From Candidatus Limnocylindrus sp. (GTDB taxonomy: Bacteria > Chloroflexota > Limnocylindria > Limnocylindrales > Limnocylindraceae): DNA of 58,913 nucleotides. The notes under the pieces were generated by a model, which had not been told where the DNA came from, did not search any database, and was given only the letters and a program-made list of their open reading frames with translations. How positions within the stretch are numbered: the first letter of the stretch is position 1; each line of letters opens with the position of its first letter. The position numbers and the translations under genes were made by a program. The stretch is from positions 1-58,913 of the forward strand of contig JBBAWM010000006.1 in assembly GCA_040397175.1 (NCBI GenBank). Reading direction: 5' to 3'. This document shows positions 45,273-58,913 of the stretch, piece after piece.

Positions 45273-45607
45273 TGCGGGTGTATGGGCGCGATCCAAATAC
45301 CAACCAGTGGATGGAGGTGCAGACCTCCGCCGACGGCCAGAATGACTATGTGTATGTGACGGCGCTGGTGCAGTGCCTGAAGCTCAGCATCAACGAAAGC
45401 CCCTTCTGGGGCAATTGGGGGATTCCGGCGCAGCAAAGCGTGCTGCAGCAGATATTCCCCGACTTCTACGTCGCGTTAATGCAGCAGCGGTTCTCGCCCT
45501 ATTTTGCCGCGCTGCAAATCACCAAAGTGCAATCCACCACGCCGACGTATAATGTCAGTGTGACGAACAACCAGGGTGTCAAAATGGCCATGAGTGTGCC
45601 GGTATGA
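45272..45607 (+). CDS. Baseplate wedge protein (gp25/gp46-like)
   Basis: L.L.INESPF...WGIP motif; lies between the spike and J-like genes. Confidence 0.7.
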   Translation: MRVYGRDPNTNQWMEVQTSADGQNDYVYVTALVQCLKLSINESPFWGNWGIPAQQSVLQQIFPDFYVALMQQRFSPYFAALQITKVQSTTPTYNVSVTNNQGVKMAMSVPV

Positions 45608-47019
45608 GTGGAACCATCCCCATCGTCCTTGGCCCGGCTGGAATGATTCCCGCCGTCCCAGCGGATGTGCATGCCCAGCTTATTGCCAACGTCGTGGCGA
45701 CCAACCCCGGCTACACCGCGAACCTTCCCGGCACGCTGATTGAAGACATCAGCAGCACGGACGTGGCCGCGATCCTGCTTTGCAATTCGGCTTTGGTCGA
45801 ACTGGTCAACTCCGTCACGCCATACGGCGCCAACCAATTCATCCTGAACCAGCTCGGCCAGATTTATGGCGTGCAGCAGGGCCAAGCTACAAACACCTCT
45901 GTCTTTGTGGTGTTCACCGGCACGCCCGGCTTCATCATCCCCATTGGCTTTGTGGTTTCGGACGGCACCTATCAATACGCCGTGCAGGATGGCGGCATTG
46001 TCGGTGCAGGTGGTTTTACGTCGTCGCTCTATTGCCTTGCCACCACGGCGGGTTCCTGGGCGGTTCCGGCTAACACCGTCACGGCGCTGGCAAGCTCCGT
46101 TCCTTCAACGATTTCCCTGACCGTCACAAACCCTCTTCCGGGCATTCCTAGCGCGGGCGCGCAGTCGGTAGAGAGTTACCGCGCCCAAGTGTTGCAGGCC
46201 GGTCTAGCGGCTTCTCAGGGCATGCCGCGCTATCTCAAGACGCTGCTGGCCAACGTCCCGGGCGTGCAGCCTCGGCTTATTTCCATCGTGCCAAGCGGCT
46301 CATCGTGGGAAATCATTGTGGGCGGCGGCGATCCGTATCAAGTGGCCTACGCCATTTACACGGCGCTCTTTGATGTGAGCAACCTCGTTGGTTCCACGAT
46401 GTCGGTGGCGGCGATTTCGACGGCTGCGGCTGCCGTTGTGACGACGGACCTCAACCACGGGCTGGCATCCGGCAATACCACCACCATCAGCGGCGCGCTT
46501 GGCATGACCGGCGCGAACGGCACATGGACGGTAACGGTGCTGACGCCCACCACCTTCAGCATTCCCTACAATTCGACCGCCGCCCCTGCATACACAGGCG
46601 GCGGCGTCCTGACTCCGAACGCGCGCAATCAGGTCATTACGATCAACGACTACCCAAACACCTACTCCATTCCGTTCGTGGTCCCTCCCGCGCAAAACGT
46701 GGAAGTGTCACTGACGTGGAACACGAATTCGCTCAACAGCGTCTCGGCTTCGTCCATGGCATCGCTAGGCGCAACGGCGTTGGCAAATTACATCAACAGC
46801 ATCGCGGTGGGTGCCCCGATGAACCTGTTCGAGCTGCAAAACGCTTACCAGCTTGCGACCGCCAGCATCCTGCCGACCGCCTTCCTCACTCGCATGGTGT
46901 TTGCAGTCACCATCGACGGTGTGCTGACAGCCCCGGATGCGGGCACGGGCATTATCGCGGGCGATCCCGAAAGCTATTTCCTGACCAACGTCACTTCCAT
47001 TAGCATCGTGCAGGGGTGA
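45604..47019 (+). CDS. Baseplate J-like protein
   Basis: V.FTG.PG..IP.G.VVSDG and ESYRA.V motifs. Confidence 0.85.
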   Translation: MSGTIPIVLGPAGMIPAVPADVHAQLIANVVATNPGYTANLPGTLIEDISSTDVAAILLCNSALVELVNSVTPYGANQFILNQLGQIYGVQQGQATNTSVFVVFTGTPGFIIPIGFVVSDGTYQYAVQDGGIVGAGGFTSSLYCLATTAGSWAVPANTVTALASSVPSTISLTVTNPLPGIPSAGAQSVESYRAQVLQAGLAASQGMPRYLKTLLANVPGVQPRLISIVPSGSSWEIIVGGGDPYQVAYAIYTALFDVSNLVGSTMSVAAISTAAAAVVTTDLNHGLASGNTTTISGALGMTGANGTWTVTVLTPTTFSIPYNSTAAPAYTGGGVLTPNARNQVITINDYPNTYSIPFVVPPAQNVEVSLTWNTNSLNSVSASSMASLGATALANYINSIAVGAPMNLFELQNAYQLATASILPTAFLTRMVFAVTIDGVLTAPDAGTGIIAGDPESYFLTNVTSISIVQG

Positions 47020-47023
47020 CGCC

Positions 47024-47728
47024 ATGACCACGTTGCAGAAAACCATCCCGTCATATCTTTACACGCAGTATGCGGACGATGACGATCTGCAAGCCTTCGT
47101 GGCGTCTTACAACCAAATCACGCAGAGCTATATCAACACCTTCAACCAGCTTAATCTGCCGGTCTACACGGGTCTTTCCGGCGCGCTGCTTGACTGGGTA
47201 GGGCGCGGCGTTTATGGCTACCCCCGGCCCACGATCCCGGCGGTTGCCGCGTCCGTTATCGGCCCAATCAACACCTACGGTCCCGATTTCTTCGTTCCGC
47301 TCAACACGCAGGAATCAACCGCAGCGTCAAATTACGTCACCAATGACGACATCTATAAGCGCCTTCTGACGTGGCACTTCTACAAGGGTGACGGGAAAGT
47401 TTTCAACATATCCTGGCTCAAGCGCCGGATTGTTCGCTTTCTGTATGGGACGGAAGGAAAATCTCCGGTCATTGACCAAACCTACGATATTGGCGTGACG
47501 TTCTCCGCTGGCAACAATGTGAACGTCACCATGCCCGCTTCGCCGCAGGCGGACATTCTTATCGCCGCTATTGCAAGCGGCTCGGCGGAGACGCCATTTC
47601 AATACACGTTCAATTTCACGACATACGACCCTGGAACAACGGTGGACTGGGAAAACACCAGCAACGCCATTGTGGACTGGGAAAACACAAGCACGGCTCT
47701 CGTGACTTGGAACAACGATCCGGTTTGA
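47024..47728 (+). CDS. Baseplate wedge protein (DUF2612/gpI-like)
   Basis: LLDWVGRGVYG..R and DDIYKRLL motifs. Confidence 0.75.
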   Translation: MTTLQKTIPSYLYTQYADDDDLQAFVASYNQITQSYINTFNQLNLPVYTGLSGALLDWVGRGVYGYPRPTIPAVAASVIGPINTYGPDFFVPLNTQESTAASNYVTNDDIYKRLLTWHFYKGDGKVFNISWLKRRIVRFLYGTEGKSPVIDQTYDIGVTFSAGNNVNVTMPASPQADILIAAIASGSAETPFQYTFNFTTYDPGTTVDWENTSNAIVDWENTSTALVTWNNDPV

Positions 47729-47737
47729 GGTGTATCA

Positions 47738-51376
<3,639 letters not shown>

Positions 51377-51390
51377 CACCAGAGGACAAA

Positions 51391-51540
51391 ATGGACGATA
51401 AACACATCACGCTTACCTTCACCGTCGGGCAAGTCAACCAGCTTCTCGCGCTGCTGGGCGAACTGCCTTTCTACAAATCGGTTGACGCCATCGCTGCGAT
51501 CAAGGCGCAAGGCGACCAGCAATTGGCCGCGCCTGAATGA
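51391..51540 (+). CDS. Small hypothetical protein (49 aa)
   Basis: RBS GAGGA; L.FTV.QVN.LL..LG.LPF pattern seen after phage fibre genes. Confidence 0.65.
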   Translation: MDDKHITLTFTVGQVNQLLALLGELPFYKSVDAIAAIKAQGDQQLAAPE

Positions 51541-51935
51541 TCGTTTCGGATAACAGGCTTCTGAGCATCGTTCCGCCCTGGCAGCCTAGGTATGTCTGGC
51601 CGGTATCGGAACCCGATGACAACCTGGATTATTCGCTGGATATTTCCGCCGTCCTGGCTGACGCAGAGGACACGGTGGATTATGCTACCGCTTCCGTCGC
51701 GCCTTCGGGCGATGGAGAATTGGTGGCAAATGAAATCACCTACGCCGATGGTGTGGTGACGGTTTGGCTGGCGAACGGTGAGGTAGGACGGCTATATAGC
51801 GTCAACGTGAAGGTGTTCTGCGTATCAGGGCGTGAATTCTCATTCTTCATCGACCTGCCAATCAGCGTCAACACGCTCGTGGTTCCGCCCGGCCCGCCGC
51901 CATCGCCATATTATAGCACCCCCATTTCGACCTGA
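51537..51935 (+). CDS. Fibre-tail adaptor-like protein
   Basis: P...LDY..D, V.VWL..G..G..Y.V motif; paralogous to both halves of 53582..54502. Confidence 0.65.
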   Translation: MIVSDNRLLSIVPPWQPRYVWPVSEPDDNLDYSLDISAVLADAEDTVDYATASVAPSGDGELVANEITYADGVVTVWLANGEVGRLYSVNVKVFCVSGREFSFFIDLPISVNTLVVPPGPPPSPYYSTPIST

Positions 51936-51947
51936 GAGGTTCAACCG

Positions 51948-52340
51948 ATGTCGCAATCCTATCCTAATGACCAGAGCAACCCGGCGGGTGCAATTCCGGT
52001 ATGGATTGCGCCCGGCAACGCAGGCGAAGGCTACACGCTCATCGTGGCGCCCGTCACCACCATCACCACGGGCGGCACGGCGGTGACCGTCCTGACCGGC
52101 CCGATTTCGGGCGGCACAATCCTCAACCCGGCCAGCGTCGCGGCGCAAGACATTGACCCGGTAGAAAACCTTTACATCAGCTTTGTCGGCACGCCCGGCT
52201 CGACCGATGCGGCAGCCAACGGCGGCACGCTCACCCTGGTTCCTGGGGCTTCTTACACGATCCCGGCGCTCGCAACCGGCGTCACGCTCAAGGCGAATGC
52301 CGCCACCTCCGCGCACCGCTTCACCGCATTTTCGTGGTGA
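51948..52340 (+). CDS. Beta-rich virion protein
   Basis: GAGAGG RBS; Thr/Ala/Gly-rich. Confidence 0.6.
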   Translation: MSQSYPNDQSNPAGAIPVWIAPGNAGEGYTLIVAPVTTITTGGTAVTVLTGPISGGTILNPASVAAQDIDPVENLYISFVGTPGSTDAAANGGTLTLVPGASYTIPALATGVTLKANAATSAHRFTAFSW

Positions 52341-52346
52341 GCCGCC

Positions 52347-52601
52347 ATGCCACTTGAAAAAGGCAAAAGCCAAGAGACCATCTCTCGCAACATCAAGCGC
52401 GAGATGGAAGCCGGGAAACCGCAAAAACAAGCGGTTGCTATCGCGCTGCGCACTGCTGGCGCATCAAAGCCTGACGCGATCCATGCCTATATGGATTCCG
52501 TCCGCATGGGTAATCCCTGCTGGTCTGGCTATGAGGCATTTGGCACCAAAGAAAAGGACGGCAAGACCGTTCCCAACTGCGTTCCGATGAGGGCAAAATG
52601 A
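52347..52601 (+). CDS. Small basic protein made of two short phage motifs
   Basis: [28 protein letters not shown] fused to CW.GY...G.K.K.GK.VPNCVP. Confidence 0.65.
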   Translation: MPLEKGKSQETISRNIKREMEAGKPQKQAVAIALRTAGASKPDAIHAYMDSVRMGNPCWSGYEAFGTKEKDGKTVPNCVPMRAK

Positions 52602-53581
52602 GCCAGCTTCTCTGGGCGAACAACGCCTCTTCCGTCACAGTAAGCGCCATCGCCTACAATTCCGCTTCGGTCACGCTTTCCGCCGGAACGGGCGCGGAAT
52701 TCCCCGTGCCAAATGCGGCATATCAGTATTTTCTGGCGACGCTTTCGCCCGCGACCCCAGGCGCGCAAGACCCTGAAATTGTCAGGGTGACGGCGGTTTC
52801 GGGCGACACGTTCACGATTGTGCGCGGCCAGGAAGGCACTACCGCGCAAGCGTGGGCTTCCGGCTCTATCATCCAAAACCTCATCACTCAAGGCACGCTC
52901 AATGCTTTGTCTCAAATGGTTGTCTATGCAGGCAATCCAAACGGCAACGTCGCTGGCGCAGCTTCTGCTGCTGGGCTGCCTCCTTCTATGGTTTGGGATA
53001 GCAGCAACAACCTTATATGGGTTTGCACAGGCTCGGGAAATGCAGCATCGGCTTCGTGGGCCGCTCAAGCTCCGCTGAACAGCCCAGCCTTTACCGGCAA
53101 CCCAACGGCGGTCACGCAAACCCTGACCGACAACTCAACGCGGCTGGCTAGCACGGCGTTTGTGCAAGGCATCGCCGCGACCAAAGCCAATTTGGCAGGC
53201 TCTGCCGCGCAGCTATTCAGCGTGGCTTCCGCCGTCTCAAACGCGAATGCGGTGAACCTCGGCCAATTCCCGGCCAGCTTGGTTGCCACTCCGGGTAGCG
53301 CCACGCTTCCAAGCGGCCTCATTATTAAGTGGGGCGTGGTCAATATCGTGAACGGCCCCAATATTGTTACCTTCAACGCGCCGTTTCCGAATGCGTGTTT
53401 TCAGGTGGTGGTTTGCGAAGGTGCCGCCAACAACGCCACTTGGGGAGCCGGATTGCCTACCATTCATGGCGTCTCCGCTCGAAATCCAGCCGACTACACC
53501 GGGTGGGCGTCCTACTGGAATGGAAGCGCGTGGCTGGCCAGCGGCTCCATCACTCAGAGCTACATCGCCGTCGGCTGGTAA
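52598..53581 (+). CDS. Tail fibre protein
   Basis: [35 protein letters not shown] repeat, [10 protein letters not shown]...F...FPNAC C-terminal domain. Confidence 0.82.
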   Translation: MSQLLWANNASSVTVSAIAYNSASVTLSAGTGAEFPVPNAAYQYFLATLSPATPGAQDPEIVRVTAVSGDTFTIVRGQEGTTAQAWASGSIIQNLITQGTLNALSQMVVYAGNPNGNVAGAASAAGLPPSMVWDSSNNLIWVCTGSGNAASASWAAQAPLNSPAFTGNPTAVTQTLTDNSTRLASTAFVQGIAATKANLAGSAAQLFSVASAVSNANAVNLGQFPASLVATPGSATLPSGLIIKWGVVNIVNGPNIVTFNAPFPNACFQVVVCEGAANNATWGAGLPTIHGVSARNPADYTGWASYWNGSAWLASGSITQSYIAVGW

Positions 53582-54502
53582 ATGACGGATTTTGCCCGCA
53601 CCGTCGTTGTCGATGCGCTCGGGAAAAATTTCCTGCAATGGCCGACTGCGCATATCGGCCAGGAACTGGACTATTTTGTCGATGCCTCCGCGCCGCTGGC
53701 TTATGATCTGCTGGCGTCGGTAGCGGTGTCTGCGTCGCCTTCCGGCGCGGGCGAATTGCAAATCACCGATGTGACGGTGACGGATTCCACCATCAGGGTG
53801 AAATTCTCGGGCGGCGTGGCCGGGCGCGTGTATCGGGTCCGCGTTGATTGCGTGACTGAGATTGGCCGAGAAGTCTCGTGGGTTCCGGTGCTGCCGTTCT
53901 CTATAGAGGGCGCCATCCTTCCGCTGCCTATCGCACCCGTGGCGGATTTCGGAGCGCCATTCGTGTGGACTTACTCCGGCCCCGTGCGGCCACTTCCACC
54001 GCAACCTGTTCACGTTCCCGCAACATACACGGGCGCTCCGTTCGTGGCGCGTATGACCACGATCAACCCCAGCGGGCAGGTGTTTTTGCAATGGCCGGTG
54101 GGTGAGGCAAACCAGCAGCTTGATTACTACCTCGACACCGTGGCCGCGATCTATCAAGGCGGTGATGAGATTTCCAGCCTTCGCATCAGCGTGGCGCCTT
54201 CCGGCGCGGGCGAATTGTCGATTGCTTATGTGTCGATGGACCTGGGCATCATCCGGCTGGATTTTACAGGCGGCGTTCCAGGACGGCTCTACCGGGTTCG
54301 CATCGACGTGAACACGTTGCTAGGGCGCGACTATTCCTGGGTGGTCAACCTGCCCATCAGTAAAGAATACGCAGTGGGTCCGTTCCCTGTTGCTCCCGAT
54401 CCTGGCTTCGGGGAAGTAGCCACATGGGCCATGATTGTGCTAGAAAACGGTAGCGGATTTTGGCGATTGGAAAACGACCTGGGCAACTGGGTATGGGGCT
54501 GA
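53582..54502 (+). CDS. Tandem two-domain fibre adaptor-like protein
   Basis: Two copies of FLQWP.....Q.LDY..D...PSGAGEL.I...F.GGV.GR.YRVR.D. Confidence 0.7.
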   Translation: MTDFARTVVVDALGKNFLQWPTAHIGQELDYFVDASAPLAYDLLASVAVSASPSGAGELQITDVTVTDSTIRVKFSGGVAGRVYRVRVDCVTEIGREVSWVPVLPFSIEGAILPLPIAPVADFGAPFVWTYSGPVRPLPPQPVHVPATYTGAPFVARMTTINPSGQVFLQWPVGEANQQLDYYLDTVAAIYQGGDEISSLRISVAPSGAGELSIAYVSMDLGIIRLDFTGGVPGRLYRVRIDVNTLLGRDYSWVVNLPISKEYAVGPFPVAPDPGFGEVATWAMIVLENGSGFWRLENDLGNWVWG

Positions 54503-57576
<3,074 letters not shown>

Positions 57577-57577
<1 letters not shown>

Positions 57578-58913
57578 TGTTTAGCGCAAACACAACTCAG
57601 GTTTCGGGGTTTACGCCGACGCTGGTGGCGTCTCGGGCGATTGCGACTGGCGGCCTTGGTGAGTTGAATGTGTATCCGTGGACCAATGCTGGTGGGTTTG
57701 GGGTAAGGTATTCTAATCCGGCGTCGCCTCCGCTAACCAGTACGCTGGGCATAGCGTTCAGTCCTGATAGTTCCGCAATTGCCGTGGCGGCTGATTTAAG
57801 CCCGTATATCTATGCTTATCCCTGGTCTGGAAATGGTTTTGGAACTAAGTATGCTAACCCAGCAACTTCGCCGACAAGCCTTGGGTTTAGCGTAGCTTTC
57901 AGTCCTTCTGGTTCCGCAATTGCTGTTGCTCACGCCCCAACGCCTTTTGTTACTGCATACCCATGGTCGGGTTCTGGGTTTGGAACTAAATACACCAATC
58001 CTTCAACTTTGCCGACAGGCACTGGGTATGGAGTAGCTTTCAGTCCTTCTGGTTCCGCAATTGCTGTTGCTCATGACATATCGCCATTTGTGTCTGCATA
58101 TCCTTGGTCAGCGTCTGGGTTTGGAACTAAATACACCAATCCTTCAACTTTGCCGACAAACGCTGGGTTTAGCGTAGCTTTCAGTCCTTCTGGTTCCGCA
58201 ATTGCTGTTGCTTATGACATATCGCCATTTGTGTCTGCATATCCTTGGTCAGCGTCTGGGTTTGGAACTAAATACACCAATCCTTCAACTTTGCCGACAA
58301 ACGCTGGGTTTAGCGTAGCTTTCAGTCCTTCTGGTTCCGCAATTGCTGTTGCTTATGACATATCGCCATTTGTGTCTGCATATCCTTGGTCAGCGTCTGG
58401 GTTTGGAACTAAATACACCAATCCTTCAACTTTGCCGACAGGCGCTGGGTATGGAGTAGCATTTAGCCCTAACAACGATGCTGTCGCTGTGGCTCACGCC
58501 ACTACACCATTTGTCTCAGCATACCCATGGTCCGCGTCTGGTTTTGGAACTAAGTTCGCCAACCCCGCGACACTGCCAGCCGCTCAGGGCAACGGCGTAG
58601 CTTTTAGCGGAGACGCCGCAGTCATAGCCGTAGCGCACAACAACAGCCCGCGCATATCAGCATACCCCTGGTCCTCAAGCGGCTTCGGCACGAAGTACGC
58701 CAATCCAACAACCCTACCTACCGGAGACGGCTGCAGCGTCGCCTTCACTTCCGGCGGGTATCCGGTTCAGCAGATTGCTGTTGCTCACGCCACAACGCCT
58801 TTTGTTACTGCATACCCATGGTCTGGAAATGGTTTTGGAACTAAGTATGCTGACCCAGCAACTTTGCCGACAGGCACTGGGTATGGAGTAGCTTTCAGTC
58901 CTTCTGGTTCCGC
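57577..58913 (+). CDS. N-terminal part of the beta-propeller repeat protein (runs off the window end)
   Basis: ATG overlaps the collagen TGA; open to the window end; nine YPW-terminated 47-aa repeats. Confidence 0.88.
57810..58913 (+). repeat. 141-bp tandem repeat array
   Basis: Near-identical units with 141-bp period; two units (about 58460-58780) carry many synonymous differences. Confidence 0.92.

Noticed and set aside
57810-58913. CRISPR array or diversity-generating retroelement at the 141-bp repeats
   Set aside because: The repeats are in-frame coding units without unique spacers. Variation at codon positions 1-2 resembles DGR adenine mutagenesis, but no reverse transcriptase or non-coding template repeat is visible in the window.

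Overview
The window is an essentially complete, circularly permuted genome of a tailed dsDNA phage with a contractile (myovirus-type) tail. It is GC-rich, and the host is probably an alphaproteobacterium, inferred from GAAAGGA-type ribosome-binding sites and TTG-N17-TAAAAG promoters. Both ends fall inside the same 141-bp repeat gene. Nearly all credible genes lie on the + strand, in this order: fibre-tip cassettes; glycosylation and lysis (1-7.7 kb); small early genes and a cro-like gene (7.8-10.6 kb); RusA, AAA ATPase, SSB-like protein, Cas4-like nuclease, SF2 helicase, primase-polymerase and origin (10.6-17.8 kb); early genes, UvrD helicase and DNA methyltransferase (17.9-24.2 kb); terminase, portal and head (24.2-37.7 kb); sheath, tube, tape measure and baseplate (37.7-47.7 kb); collagen-like fibres and a tailspike (47.7-58.9 kb). 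The strongest unusual element is an intein in the MuF/gp7-like head protein whose putative homing endonuclease is encoded on the opposite strand, fully nested, with its own promoter and RBS. Other highlights: a type II hammerhead ribozyme; a candidate anti-Shine-Dalgarno small RNA divergent from the cro-like gene; a C4-like RNA; a topoisomerase IB and a NUDIX-protease fusion in the head module; a homogenised but site-variable beta-propeller repeat array; and Thr-rich collagen fibres with a dedicated glycosyltransferase and methyltransferase. All family calls come from motif recognition by eye; no database searches were run.
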